Counted from the stretch's first letter, positions 49,062 through 63,351 are shown. The stretch is 64,000 nt of DNA from Paraspadella gotoi (GCA_051294375.1 CM119265.1:18834631-18898630); one strand, 5' to 3'. A program made the numbers and translations. Notes: generated by a model from the letters alone, not told the origin.

Positions 49062-50672
49062 NNNNNNNNNNNNNNNNNNNNNNNNNNNNNNNNNNNNNNN
49101 NNNNNNNNNNNNNNNNNNNNNNNNNNNNNNNNNNNNNNNNNNNNNNNNNNNNNNNNNNNNNNNNNNNNNNNNNNNNNNNNNNNNNNNNNNNNNNNNNNNN
49201 NNNNNNNNNNNNNNNNNNNNNNNNNNNNNNNNNNNNNNNNNNNNNNNNNNNNNNNNNNNNNNNNNNNNNNNNNNNNNNNNNNNNNNNNNNNNNNNNNNNN
49301 NNNNNNNNNNNNNNNNNNNNNNNNNNNNNNNNNNNNNNNNNNNNNNNNNNNNNNNNNNNNNNNTTTTCCATTTGCAAGAAAGGCAACCAGCGTCGCAGCG
49401 ACTTCCAACTTCGGCCAAGGTTTCCCGCAACGCACCCAAAACCGAACTGGCGATTAAACATCTTCCAGCGTCGGCAAAGCCTCCAGAGCCGACAGCATTT
49501 CCCGCGCCGGCTTAGAGACTATGTCCACAAACGGGCGGCGAAAAAGGGACGGAGATTCCGTCTCGGATTCCGATGCCATTTGCGGGGATCAGCGGATTCT
49601 TTGTTGCCACAAAAAAAGAAGGAAAAGGAAAAAAAAAATAGTTCCCTAACACTCATCATTCGGGGAAGGAAAAATGATCTAGAGTAGCGTTCGTGTTATG
49701 GTTTGTTTTCGTGGGCGTTTTTGTCGACGTCGAGCGGCTCTGGGTAGTGGGTACGATTGTAATGGTCTTTTTGTTCTTACATGAGTGGGGGATCTTTATG
49801 GCTCTTTTTTTATTTATGTCACCTCGTTGCTGATGTTGAAGATGTTGAATTACTAAACTGAAAAAACAATTACTAGATAAAAGAAATTTAGTATCTTCCT
49901 TCGAAGCTAAACGAAATGTTTTGAAACAATTTTTTTCTTTGTTTTCATCTTTGTTGTTCTCGCCGCCCCTTTGTCTTTGACCGCGAACTCGGAGCAAAAT
50001 AAACNNNNNNNNNNNNNNNNNNNNNNNNNNNNNNNNNNNNNNNNNNNNNNNNNNNNNNNNNNNNNNNNNNNNNNNNNNNNNNNNNNNNNNNNNNNNNNNN
50101 NNNNNNNNNNNNNNNNNNNNNNNNNNNNNNNNNNNNNNNNNNNNNNNNNNNNNNNNNNNNNNNNNNNNNNNNNNNNNNNNNNNNNNNNNNNNNNNNNNNN
50201 NNNNNNNNNNNNNNNNNNNNNNNNNNNNNNNNNNNNNNNNNNNNNNNNNNNNNNNNNNNNNNNNNNNNNNNNNNNNNNNNNNNNNNNNNNNNNNNNNNNN
50301 NNNNNNNNNNNNNNNNNNNNNNNNNNNNNNNNNNNNNNNNNNNNNNNNNNNNNNNNNNNNNNNNNNNNNNNNNNNNNNNNNNNNNNNNNNNNNNNNNNNN
50401 NNNNNNNNNNNNNNNNNNNNNNNNNNNNNNNNNNNNNNNNNNNNNNNNNNNNNNNNNNNNNNNNNNNNNNNNTCGTCCACAACTCCAACTTCCGAGAAGG
50501 CAGCTGGAGTTTCGTTTTTTTGTTTGACTTTGATATTGGAGAGTTTCACTTTGGTTTCAAATTTAGTCATGTTCCGTGTTCACGGATCCATGCAACGGTC
50601 GCCAATAAAACAATTGCGCTGCTTCTTTCTTCTAGTGATGTCTGATCGGGAAAGCAGCGGTTTCTTTCATTT

Positions 50673-50815
50673 TACGAAATTGGTACAGCTAATATGAAAT
50701 TATCCTTTCATTCCATAAATATTAAATAAGCTATATTGCCTCTGACTTTGGACAATGGACAGACTATAGTGGGTTACAAGATACATTAACATAACAGGAC
50801 CCTTCAATCTTTCAA
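50673..50815 (+). repeat. Dispersed ~160-bp repeat, diverged copy 3
   Basis: TACGAAATTGGTACAGCTAATATGAAATTATCC...TAAATAAGCTAT...CTGACTTTGGACA matches copy 1. Confidence 0.7.
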
Positions 50816-50913
50816 TATTTTGTCTTGTTGTTGTACTATATGTATAATTATTATTAACTAATAAATTATAAACTAGAGATATGCGGCAAAAGTAGCCAGT
50901 TAGCGTTCTTTTC

Positions 50914-50965
<52 letters not shown>

Positions 50966-51677
50966 ACTCCAACGCTCTAACTAAGCGCGCGTATGGATTG
51001 CGGTAGGTAAAATGAAATACTGAAAAAGCCGCCATCCGCCAATTATATCTGTCCACAGCTTTACTCCTTTTTTTCACAAAAAAAAACTTTACCAAACCTT
51101 TTAAAATTCGATCGAAAGTTATATTCGTTTTAATAAAAAAAAATTGTAAACCATGTTAAAATGCTTATTTTTTTATGGCTTATCGTAAAACTTCCGTAAT
51201 CTTTCTATTGTTTATCATTACGTTTTCTAATTTGTATTTTTCTGCGAAATCGAAATTAATCTAATTAGTCGCTCGAACTTTAGAATATTTCGATCCCCAC
51301 TGTACTCAAAGAATTCATCAAATTTTCGTCTAGTCTATGAAATCGATGAGGAAGATCAAGTTTGATTGAAAACATCGGAGATTCGCAAACGAGATTTCGA
51401 GTCATTCGATCCAAAACAGAAAATTTAAAAAAAGAGAGGGGGGGAATGAAATGGCAAAAAAAAAAGGAAATGGCCGACGCAGTAAAAAGAATTCTTTCTT
51501 TTAGCGCTGTCCATAACCAAAAACGAGATAAAGCGAGAGAAAACTTGGATTTGTTGGAAAGAAATTTCGGTGGATATTTAAAAATTTATCGGTCTTTCAA
51601 ATGCTTTTATCGGTCTGTCGGTCAGTATGTTTGACAGTTGCCTAATAACTTTTTTTAATTTTATGATAGGCGTTTGG

Positions 51678-51735
<58 letters not shown>

Positions 51736-53189
51736 GAGAGGAGAGACCAGCGAGGAGAGTAGAGAAGAGGACGAGTTGAAAATTGATTCTGGAACCGCTT
51801 ATGAATTCATAATTACTTCTCTAAACATACCTCGCTCAATAGTATCTAATCTCTTACTGCAATTAAATCACAATCGTCTATAAATACTATTTTTATCAAA
51901 TATGAATCATGAATTATGTATTAAGTAAATAGTAGATGTAGTTAACCGGCCTTATCTTATGTTTTACAAGTCGATCGCTAAATTTTTTAATCCATCCTTT
52001 ATCGAACTTCTCATTTCCGTGCCTCCCCCACCCCCCATAATTTTATTTAACATTTAATTATTTACAACAAATCGATTATGAATACATTCGTTCGTTTCCA
52101 CGATTCAAAGATCCCGTTCGATTTTTCTCCGAGAATACGACGCCAAGTGGGTCGAGCCGATTGCGGCGCCTTGACCTTTCGGTCCGACTCCTTCTCCGTC
52201 GACGGCTTCCTTCCTCTTCCTCCTCTTCCTCCTCCTCCTCCTCCTCCTTCCGAATTCGATGGCCTTCATCCACTCGAACATTCGGGTGCCGCCTCCAGCC
52301 CACCTCCCTCCCCACATCCCCCTTATTCCGACATTCGGCATTCTCTTCAACCACCCCTCGCCCTCCGCCTCCCTCGTCCGACGCCAATCTTTCTTCGCAA
52401 CCAACCCTCAACTAACCATCAACCCCCTCAACCAACCTCGCTTCCACCTTCCCCCTTATTACTTTCCCCCCTTGCTATCGATATTCGGCGCCAACTCGAC
52501 GTGCGATAATCTCGATCGATAAAGACGCGAAGAAAAGATAATTGAGCGTCTTTCGCATCCTCTCTGCTCTGCTCTCTCTCTCTCTCTGTCTCTCTCTTCT
52601 CTCTCTCTCNNNNNNNNNNNNNNNNNNNNNNNNNNNNNNNNNNNNNNNNNNNNNNNNNNNNNNNNNNNNNNNNNNNNNNNNNNNNNNNNNNNNNNNNNNN
52701 NNNNNNNNNNNNNAGTAAACTACTTCTACGTAGGTTTTTGCTCCCGTTTTTCTTCCGTCGTGTTCTTTCCCTTGTTCTTTTTCCTTGTTCTTTTTTTTCT
52801 GTTTGTTTTCTTTCTTTTTCTTTTACTTTCGCCGATTTCTTTTTCTTTTTCCCTCGAGATTAAAACGATTTTCCGCCTCTTGAGTCTCGCGTCGCCGCCG
52901 CCGCTGCTGACGACGACGACGATATCGACGACGACGATATCGACGACGACGACGACGACGATGAAGAAGATGTTGAGGATGTCGACTCCGACGATAAAAT
53001 TGATCGACGTCGACAAAGATGACCGTTGACCAAATCACTGATCATCATTACTTGCTCATCACGCGGACGAATTTTAGTTTAAAGTCACGGTCAAAATCGA
53101 CAACAACAAGGACAACAGTAGCGACCATAACCACAACAGTGCGAATTCGACAAGAAAAGAAAGGCGATACGAGACATTGAGACTTTTGG

Positions 53190-54101
53190 NNNNNNNNNNN
53201 NNNNNNNNNNNNNNNNNNNNNNNNNNNNNNNNNNNNNNNNNNNNNNNNNNNNNNNNNNNNNNNNNNNNNNNNNNNNNNNNNNNNNNNNNNNNNNNNNNNN
53301 NNNNNNNNNNNNNNNNNNNNNNNNNNNNNNNNNNNNNNNNNNNNNNNNNNNNNNNNNNNNNNNNNNNNNNNNNNNNNNNNNNNNNNNNNNNNNNNNNNNN
53401 NNNNNNNNNNNNNNNNNNNNNNNNNNNNNNNNNNNNNNNNNNNNNNNNNNNNNNNNNNNNNNNNNNNNNNNNNNNNNNNNNNNNNNNNNNNNNNNNNNNN
53501 NNNNNNNNNNNNNNNNNNNNNNNNNNNNNNNNNNNNNNNNNNNNNNNNNNNNNNNNNNNNNNNNNNNNNNNNNNNNNNNNNNNNNNNNNNNNNNNNNNNN
53601 NNNNNNNNNNNNNNNNNNNNNNNNNNNNNNNNNNNNNNNNNNNNNNNNNNNNNNNNNNNNNNNNNNNNNNNNNNNNNNNNNNNNNNNNNNNNNNNNNNNN
53701 NNNNNNNNNNNNNNNNNNNNNNNNNNNNNNNNNNNNNNNNNNNNNNNNNNNNNNNNNNNNNNNNNNNNNNNNNNNNNNNNNNNNNNNNNNNNNNNNNNNN
53801 NNNNNNNNNNNNNNNNNNNNNNNNNNNNNNNNNNNNNNNNNNNNNNNNNNNNNNNNNNNNNNNNNNNNNNNNNNNNNNNNNNNNNNNNNNNNNNNNNNNN
53901 NNNNNNNNNNNNNNNNNNNNNNNNNNNNNNNNNNNNNNNNNNNNNNNNNNNNNNNNNNNNNNNNNNNNNNNNNNNNNNNNNNNNNNNNNNNNNNNNNNNN
54001 NNNNNNNNNNNNNNNNNNNNNNNNNNNNNNNNNNNNNNNNNNNNNNNNNNNNNNNNNNNNNNNNNNNNNNNNNNNNNNNNNNNNNNNNNNNNNNNNNNNN
54101 N
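53190..54101. other. Largest assembly gap in the window
   Basis: Run of Ns. Other gaps include 19568-19768, 20123-20370, 20483-20904, 44181-44503, 48141-48288, 48414-48656, 49062-49363, 50005-50472, 52610-52713 and 63252-63351. Confidence 0.99.
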
Positions 54102-54599
54102 TTCTGTCTTACGCTAATTTTTAACCTTATTTTTCCACTTAACTTTTCACAAATTCTTGGTCTCACCGTAGAAATTCATTTGACTAAATATTTAAACAGT
54201 AAGCGCGAAAAAATTTAGTACGATTTGACAACCCCGTCGATCACTATTCACCCTCATTCATTCACGTGGATTTTTTCACAGTCGCGTCTGTCACTTTTCC
54301 TCAGATTTAATTCACCTTCGCGAAGATAAGAATCGAAAAAACAAGAATGAAAAAAAAAATTAAAAAGGAAGAAAACACGCTGTGTTTCTGTTTTCGCGAA
54401 AACCCGGCCAAATTTGAATTTTTACTTAATTTTTTTTCTTGTCGTTGCAGAAAAAAAAAATAATGTGTCGACGGTTGTCTTTGAAGAACTAAACATTTTA
54501 ATTCGGTTAGATCCGATAAAAAATAACCAGGACGAAAATACTTTTTTTTTTTCACGGAAGCGTCTTCCAACGATGCACGATGGGCGGAAGTCGACGGCG

Positions 54600-55790
54600 C
54601 CGACCGACGAAGGTCTTTCGAGGCGCCGTTCCCGAGGCGACGCCGGTGGAGACGCCGTCATCGGCGAACAAAGACAGCGGCTTCGCTTCCCGCGTCTGCG
54701 TCACTTTGCGCCGAAAATATTGGTGCCGTAAACGTCATAGGAAAAAGTCGGAATTGACGATGAAAAGAATCGTCGCGACTTCGATAAATGGGTCCGCCTT
54801 CAGGACAGGAAGATTGCCGCTCGTCTCCTCGCGCGTCTTGGTCGTGATCTTCGTTCGACCCATCGAAGAACGGACGTTTCGTGTATATCACTGTTTAGGC
54901 AAAAAATTATCAGGGCGCGATTTTCACCTCGTCGTTTACGTCGTGACAATCGTCAACTGTTCCGATTGTATCGTACCATCCGCTTCAGCAACGATTCAAT
55001 TTATTTTATTTATTCTGAGATGGAAACCCTCGACGTGTTTGATGAGGGTGTCGTCGATCGTCCTCGCTTTATCTCCATCATTGGAAATCCTATCCTCGAA
55101 TTCCTTTGCGGATTTTCGATTGACTTCGTCGCGTTCGCCCCAAAATGTTTTCACGTCTTCGCCAGTCACGACTTTCAGTCGCTCTTCGTTTCTTGGGGAA
55201 TTCTGGTTTCCTCCTCCCGACGTCCGCGCCATCTTCATCGTCTCGATCGGTTCGTCGACGGCCCCGTCAAACGCTTCGTCGATCCTCTCGCCAGTTCCCT
55301 CTCCGTCCGACTTTTCGACTCCGGCTTTCAGTATTAACTCCTTAAGATTATGGTTGAACCCTTATTTAACAAACTCCCGTCCCCGAAAAACCTTTAACGT
55401 TTCCACGAACGCATCCGAGAAAACCTTCTCCATTCGATCGTCCGTCGCGTCGACATTCGCCTCCTCGACTATGACGAGCGACTGCGGAAAGACGGAAAGA
55501 CTAAGATTTGATTACGACCCTGCAGGGGATTGTCGAAGGGTGTCCGTGGACGAAGGATTCCAAGACGATGGGAGAATATTTTCGAGAAATTCGTCTTCGT
55601 CGTCGTCTGCGTCCACATCCCCATCCCCCGCCCTAAACTCAAGGACCTCGCGACGGTTATTTCTTCGACCCTCGATGACCCAGCGCCCCATCGGGCACGG
55701 ACCTCGCCCTTCGCTGCCCCACCTCCTGCTACTCCTCGTCGTAACAATCCTCCTCCGCCCCCTCTGTGATACAAAACACGACGACATCTT
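54600..55790 (-). CDS. Tentative multi-exon fragment of an acidic, low-complexity protein
   Basis: Minus-strand D/E-rich open blocks (e.g. AGVEKSDGEGTGERIDEAFDGAVDEPIE..., SLVIVEEANVDATDDRMEKVFSDAFVETLK) separated by short AT-rich spacers. I could not resolve a consistent exon chain; no recognisable domain. Confidence 0.35.
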
Positions 55791-58085
55791 GAACGCCGCC
55801 TCCGCTTACTTCGTCGTCGTTATCGTCGTCGTCGTCGTCGCACTTCCAAACTTGGCGGGATCGAATCCGGTAATTGCCCCTAATCCCCGTTATTTTTTCT
55901 CTTTTTTTTTTTCTTCTTTTCTCGTGAGTTAATCAAATGAATTGAGAAGACGCAACGAGGGTGAAGATTGAGTGGTGGAGGGATGTTGATGTACGATTCA
56001 GAGGCGGGAAGAAAGGGAGGTGATTGCGGGGAGAGAGAGAGAGAGAGAGATTTTAAAATGAATTAATTAATTAATAAATGAATGGATGAATTATTTAATT
56101 TATGAATGAATAAAGATACGTATAACAGATACTAGTATAAGAAGTTACTAGTATAAGAATTCTTCTCATTTTAATTCGTGCAACTGCGTTGTTGAACGTA
56201 GTTGTTTTTATATTGTAATAATTAATTTTTTATTTAAAAAAAACCTTTGATTTAACCCTTGGATGTCCTCATCGTCGTTGTTGTTGTCGTTTTTCGATCT
56301 TCGGATTCGTCGAGGAGAGGATCGAAGGAAAAGCGAAGACCCCGCGGGGGTCGGCTTAGGGTTGGGGAGGCGGGTAATATCCGAAGGGGAAAAAGGGGAA
56401 TGATTTTATGGGAGAGAGAGAGGGAAAGAGAAAGAGAGGCTGGGAAGATTTATAAAAATCCTCGACGCCCGGATGGAGGGGCGTTTCGGCGAGGGCGGCT
56501 ATCGAAGGCGCATCGGGAGATGAGATCGACGAGGAAGATAGAGAAATCGAAAGTGGAGGTCAATTAAAAGCGTCGAGAGCGAAATGGTCGTGGTGGGTCT
56601 CGACTCTTCGAGGCCGAATCGATGGTCAAGAGCGATACCTGGATGTCTGGATGATCTGGAGGATCTGAAGGTGGAGAGAGAGGCGCTTGGGTCGCGGGTG
56701 TCGACGACGACGTCGAACGTGCGCCTTTTAAGAAGATGGATGAGGGAGTGATGAGATGACGAAGGGTCGTCTTGGCCTTCTCTGTTAGAAAAAGTGGCGA
56801 TCTAGAATGGCCATTGGCCAAGGGCGTTTCAAAGAGGCGGAGAGTACTCGGAAATTAGCGGGAGGTTGGTTCTCTTTCCTGGGGTTAGAGGTCGGATAGG
56901 GCAAAGGCTCTAGAGGTCATTGCGAACGAGGGAGCCCCTCGAAGGAACCGACGAGGTACAGCGGGAGCGACTCAAAAAAGAGTCCAGGGCGGGGAAATTC
57001 AAAAGATTTTGTTTTCTTTATGGATTTGTTTTCTTTGAGGATTAAGCGTAAAGAGGAAGTTCGTGCGAGGGGAAGCGAGGCGGGATCGCGTTTAAAAGGT
57101 TTAGGGGAAGAAAAGATGCGATATTTAATCGCGTTGGATCGCGTTAAAACTTTCGAAAGGGAAAAAAAAAAAGTTTTTCTTTTTTTTTTTCTCCCCACTT
57201 TCATTTTTGGCGTTCCTTTCTTCGGTTTCGTTATTTTGCTTTCTTCAGTGGGTACAGATCAATCTTGAGAGGAAATCTTTTATTTTTCGAGATATGAAAA
57301 AGGGGGGAACGTGTTAGCAATTACGGGGTTTAGGGTTTCAAGGAAATTGACTTTTTTACCAATTTAAACTAACAATATGGATATTTTTTAGTACAAAAAA
57401 GATAATCAGTTTCACGCCCGATGCGCACAATAATACGAAAAGACGCACGAGTTATATTATAATGCTAGAACGAATAAGGAGAACATATCGTCTGAAAGTC
57501 AGATTACCTACGCATGGGCGGCCAGAGCCAAAAGAACCCTGGGCGGACATACGAGTCTAAATTACGGGCGGGGAAACTATTTTCGGCGTTCGCACATTAA
57601 CTCTCTGCTTTATTACCTTTTTTAGCCTTTTGCTTTATTACGTTATTTTTTTAACGATCGTTAAAAAATTTGAGGCAAAATAAAAGGAGCTCGGGGGCTT
57701 TTTTTTTTATAAATTTCGTCGGGGCTAAGGGGGAGAAGAGCGTTAGTTGGGGCGGTGATGCATCAGCTGTTTTTTCACGGCCATCAGGAGAGAATTCGTA
57801 GCCGTGAGACTTTGCCCGCGTGAAAACAAATTTAATATGTATAAAACAAAATTCTTTTCTTTTTTTTTTTACCTCCGTCGCGGAATGCGCAACCAGCTGT
57901 ACACACACTTCATTTTTTGATTCCCTTTTTATTTCTTTTTTTTTTTTTAAATCTTTCCACGTCGTCTCGCGCTGTGAATTAGGATAAAATATTCCAGGTT
58001 AGACTTTTTAAGAATTTTAAGTAGATCTAAACTACGGGAGGTTGGGTATGCCGGAGAGAGAGAGGGAGAGAGAGAGAGAGAGAGA

Positions 58086-58118
<33 letters not shown>

Positions 58119-58544
58119 CTCTGAATTTGGACGTAGGGGCTACAGGGGAGATGGCCCGATGGGAAATCCCCATTTTTTCCCTTCGGTGAATTCGTAAAAG
58201 AAGAAACGAAGACAAAAAAAAAATAAACGAAACGATTAAGAATTTGTGAAATAAAAAGAATCGAGAATTTTAAAGTGTGCGTGTGGTTTCGTGTGTTTAT
58301 AAATCGTGAGAGTGAAAGTTGTGTCGTTGCTTATAGCTTAATACTATAAATACTCCTAGCGCAAAGGTCCGCTTTTTCGCGTTGGTGAAAAACGATTTTG
58401 ATGATTGATGATTTTATGGCAAAAATATCAAATGGACACAATGCTTTCTCTTAAAGAGCGAAACCTAAGACATAAAGTCTAGTTCCTTACCTTTTGTTTC
58501 TTTTTGGTCATTTTGTCCCTCCCTTCTTCCCACTCTCGCTTATC

Positions 58545-58800
58545 CTCTCCCTTCCCATATCCCTATCCCCATTCTCGTCTCCTTTCCCATATCCCGCTCC
58601 CCTTCTCGTCTCCCTTCCCTTACCCCGCTCCCTTCTCGTCTCCTTTCCCATATTCCGCTCCCCCTTCTCGCTTCTCCCTTCCCATATCCCGCTCCCCCTT
58701 CTCGTCTCCTTTCCCATATCCCGCTCCCCCTTCTCGTCTCCCTTCCCATGTCCCGCTCCCCTTCTCGTCTCCTTTCCCATATCCCGTTCTCCTTTCTCGG
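58545..58800. repeat. Pyrimidine-rich minisatellite, ~31-bp unit, about 8 copies
   Basis: Unit CTTCTCGTCTCCTTTCCCATATCCCGCTCCC with variants. Confidence 0.9.
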
Positions 58801-58808
58801 ATCTCCAG

Positions 58809-59104
58809 GTCAGATGGAATAACTTACTGCCGTTGTCGTCGTCATCGTCATCGCCGCAGTCATCATTTTCATCGCCTCTTCATCTTGCGCCAGTGCTGTC
58901 CTCAAAACTATTGTTTACATACTCGATTCGTTTGTTTACGTTTCGAAATCTTTTATTTACTTTGATTTTATCTTGCACTTACGCATCGTCGCCGTCGGCA
59001 GCGGCAATTTCGGGTGCGAATAAGGGACTTACCCTCGGAAAGTCTCACCTCTCGTCTGTAGCGCCTTGGCATAAAAGGTAAACATCATTGTGCTATTTTT
59101 CGGA

Positions 59105-59202
<98 letters not shown>

Positions 59203-61808
59203 AATCACTTATTTCTTCAAATAGTATTCATTCCAGAAACAGTGAAATAAAGCAGATTTATTAGAAGGTCCCGAGGAAACGCCAATTTAAAGGCGCGATT
59301 TTTAAAAAAAATTCACTCTTGAGTTGAACTTACGTGAGAGAGAGAGAGAGGAGAGAGAGAAGAGGAGAGAGAAGAGAGAGAGAGAGAGAGAGGAGGCGAG
59401 CGTAATTTTCTTTTCTCTTAAATTGTCAATTTAATAAATTGGTGTTCCACTTAAAAGTCATAAAATTGTCTTGAAAACGGCGCTTGACCGTAATGTGGGT
59501 TCGGCCTCTTTGAAAGAAAAATATAAGATAAATCTTTTCGCTAATTCGTTTAGAAAAACACGATTCGCCTGGGTTTATTAGCGGAAAGTTTTTAAAAACC
59601 GTTTCCAGCTCTTAATTGACCCGCAAAGGGCCAAAGGCAATTTTTTCTTCCCCTTCTCCTCTTTCCAAATCTGCCGTAAAAAAAAAATCGAAAGAAAAAG
59701 AAAGAAAAATCTCGGACACCTTTCATTGTTTTTATTAAATTTCCCCTTTGTTTTAATTTCTTTCTCTTTTGTTCCTTTGTTTTTTAAACTCTCGGCTCTG
59801 GATCCCATATCGACTTCGCACTTCAAAAGCTTCCGCCGGTCGTCTTCGACGTCCTCTCCATCGTCGTCGTCTCGCGCCCCGGGTAATCAACGAGCCGGCC
59901 CGGCCGTGTCCCGAGCCCCGCCGGGTCTGGAGCCGGTACCCTTTACCGGCAGAGCTCCGCCCCCGCTCTCGCAACGGCGGCGGGCGAGGACCTCCGATCG
60001 ACCGTCCGTCCCGCTCCTGGACCGGCATCCAAAGGCCAGAGGTGAGTTCTTGCGAAGAAGCTCGCGCATACGGAAGCCGTTTGTGTCGACCTCCGTCGTT
60101 TGTAAATAAATTGTAAATAGATTGTAAACACTAAACATTCGGGGATTGAAAAGGTGACGGCGTCGGCTTTAGAGAAGGGGCGCTAATGTCTTCAAGAGAA
60201 TCCAACCCGACCTTGGCAACAAACGAGTCTCTTGTTTCGAAAAATATCTTCATGAACAGAAAAACATTTGTAACAAAAATGTTGTGCGTCGCTTTTACAG
60301 AGCGCGATAGGCTGGTGGCACAAAAAAAAAACTTGTAGTTGGGCATTGCAACAAATTCACAAACTTTCCTGGAACCCAAAAATAGGGAATCCTCTGTCCA
60401 AATCAGGTCGACCGCCTGACTCGATTCAACGTCCGACTTCATTTCTCGACGCCGTCATCATTCCCCTCTTGCGATTCTTTTTTTCAGGGACGACGAATCT
60501 GCCCAAGTCGCTGTCGATGGCCGCCTTCAAACATCTTCATCACCGGAGGCTCGAGGATCTGAGGCAACTCTTTCCGCGGATTCAGAGGTTTTCCTTATTA
60601 CCCCAACCCCGACCCCCTCCACCTCCCCGCCAGGCTTTGTACCCTTTTCCCGCGACTTTTCCCCTCGGTGCTGCACCACTTGAGAATTTAAAGGTTTCCT
60701 TTCTCGAATCTTCTCCCCCCCTTCAGCCGAGAAACACGGCCGGATTGTGGCCATCTTTTGTTTTGATTTCTTCCTAAGCCACCAGATGAACCCTCTTTTT
60801 TTTTTATTTTGTGTCGTACTACCATTTAAATGTTTAAATATAGTTCAGTCACATTGTCCATTTATCGGCTCTGAAAATGTCCCCCTGACCAAAATCCGTC
60901 AACAGGGATTTTACATAAGTAGCATTTTTGGAAACTTGGCACCGAAGATCCAAGATTTTGCGCTTCAAAATGTAGAATTCCCTTAACTACAATTTTAACT
61001 TCTTCGCCTAATTAGCATTTGTTATTGTTTTATCCTCCGTAAACACTAAACAGTTCTACCAAAGTTCCTTTCTTTTGTTTTATTTTTTCACCAATAGACG
61101 ATCGTAAAATTTTCTTTCGCTACCCTTTACCCCCCACTTTGGCAAAACCCCCGTATCACACTCAAAACCCACCTTACTCTCGGCCCGCTTTGTTCCTTTA
61201 TTCCCTCGTGCCCGTCCACTTGACCTAGAACTACCTTTAAAGTTTAAACCCTTAACTGACAAAGCCGAAAAAGCGTCGGAAAGAATTAATTAAAAAATCG
61301 AAGTTAAAACCAGGAAGAAGTGGTTGATCCTCAAATACTTAATTGCGGGATTACATGAGATTAGCAATTAAATATTATTTAATAATTTCGCAGCAATAAA
61401 TTTCCTTTTCCCCGGCAATTTTTCTTTTTTCAGGCTTTCGAATTTGCTGCCAGACGTCGAATCGACCGAGGGCGACGCCGACGACGACGACGACGATAAA
61501 GCCGACGTCAGCCGACTCGACCGGGAAAGAATCGGCGCCTCTGTCGGCTTCGAAGTGGTCGGTCGGTCCGGCGGAACAAACGGATACGTCCGAACGACGT
61601 CGCCATCTACCTCCGGTTCTCCTCTTTCCCTGGCTTCTTCCCACGCCACCTCTCCCTCGCCTCATTCACCCCCGCCTCGCCGATATCTATTCGCCGCCGT
61701 CACCTCGCTACCTCGTTTTCCCGACCTCAGCGCCTCCGGCGGTCGGCCCGCGTCGATAGCCAAGGCTTCTTCGTTCCGAGATGCGGCTCGTGTCTCACTT
61801 CCCTCTAG
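58809..61808 (+). CDS. Partial spliced gene for an unknown Ser/Pro-rich protein (5' and 3' ends not found)
   Basis: Exons 58809-59077, 59830-60041, 60488-60587 and 61434-61808 join in one open frame (junction phases 2,1,2). Donors gtaaac, gtgagt, gttttc, gtaagt; acceptors include ttttttcag. Confidence 0.5.
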
Positions 61809-62532
61809 GTAAGTTTCTTCTAAATGCTTTTCAATGATCACAGAGCAAATTCATTAACGGTTTAGGAAGGTAAAGTAATCGAATTGTTTTTATTACAAAT
61901 AATTAATTTAAAATATATTGTTTTAAATTTTAAAATTTTAAAATATTTTTTACAATGTTATTTTTATTTTTACTTTCCTTGGCTGAAAAACTATTTTTAT
62001 GTCTTTATGCAATGATATATATATTTCGATGACGCCAGCTCCGGCCAGGGCAATAAAATTAGAATCGTCAAAAAGAATGAAAAAAAGAAAGAAAGAAAGA
62101 AAGAAAGAAAAAAAGAAAAGAAAAGAAGAGAATGAAGGGGCGTGACGCTAAAGGGGAGAGGGGAAATAACCGTCACTTTTTATCTGCGCTGAAATTCATT
62201 ATCATAATTCGATTTTTGTATTTTTTTTTCACTTTTTTATGTCTTTTTTAAAATTTCCATTCGACGCCATCGAAGCCGTCGGCCGATTTTGGTCCGCGTC
62301 GTCGTCATCGTCGTCGTCGTTTTCGTCGTCTCCCGACTTCGTACCCTAACCCAAACAAAAGTCGAGGCAAAAACATTTTTCTTTGAGGCGCATAGAAAAT
62401 GAAATGCGAATTATAACCCTTAAAAAAGCAAATAAAGAAGAGAGAGGCAGAGAGAGAGAGAGTCATAAAGTAGACATATAAATTGCCAAAGGTAAATCCT
62501 TTCACAGAATAGGTGCTGGGGCCGAGAGGGAG

Positions 62533-62535
<3 letters not shown>

Positions 62536-62622
<87 letters not shown>
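62536..62622. repeat. (AG)n microsatellite
   Basis: Seen directly. Confidence 0.95.
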
Positions 62623-62624
<2 letters not shown>

Positions 62625-63351
62625 AATCAGAGCCGATTGTTTTCCCGACGCCAAAATATGTCTGGTGAACTTTGAATTTATGGAAAACAAAAAAAGGGGA
62701 GAGGAAGGAGAGTAGAAAAGTGAGGTGTAAAAATGGTAAGAAAGGTTAACACGAAAGCGAAAATTCAAAAAAATCTGTCCAATTTTTACATATTTTTAGT
62801 AACTTTTTTGGAAAGCTTTCGTTTGACTTTCGAAAAAGAGATACACCTGCTTTTTGCTTTTGTAATAAAAAAAATATGGTGGCTATAAAATAAAGATTTT
62901 TTGTTTGGTTGGGGCATAAGTTAGACAACGTTTTAAGAATTTTTAATACTTAACGAAAAAGATATTTCAATCCGCGTGTGTTCGATGTATTGAATAGTTA
63001 AAAGAATAAACCCCTCTTGACTTCCGTTAACTAAAAGGCTCCGACCCTTTGTTGTAATGCTAATTGCAACCGTTAGGATTTTTCGCGGGTTATGTCGAGC
63101 AATCCGAGCTTAATGATTTAAACGTTTTTAATTAATATTTATATAGGGAAGAAACGGAATCGGGTTTGAAAAAAATAAGTAACGAAAAAAGTACCGTGAA
63201 AAAATCAGTTGTTAACGGGAGTCTGTTCATGGGATCTGAAAAAAAAAAATTNNNNNNNNNNNNNNNNNNNNNNNNNNNNNNNNNNNNNNNNNNNNNNNNN
63301 NNNNNNNNNNNNNNNNNNNNNNNNNNNNNNNNNNNNNNNNNNNNNNNNNNN

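Noticed and set aside
52076-53048. Pro-, Ser- or Thr-rich ORFs in several frames
   Set aside because: Trinucleotide repeats keep many frames open, so strand and frame cannot be chosen.
54580-55932. 450-aa plus-strand ORF
   Set aside because: Ser/Val/Phe-rich composition is typical of the antisense of D/E-rich codons; no domain seen.
58494-58800. Repetitive peptide ORFs (PFSSPFPYPA)
   Set aside because: Translation of the 31-bp minisatellite, whose unit length is not a multiple of three.
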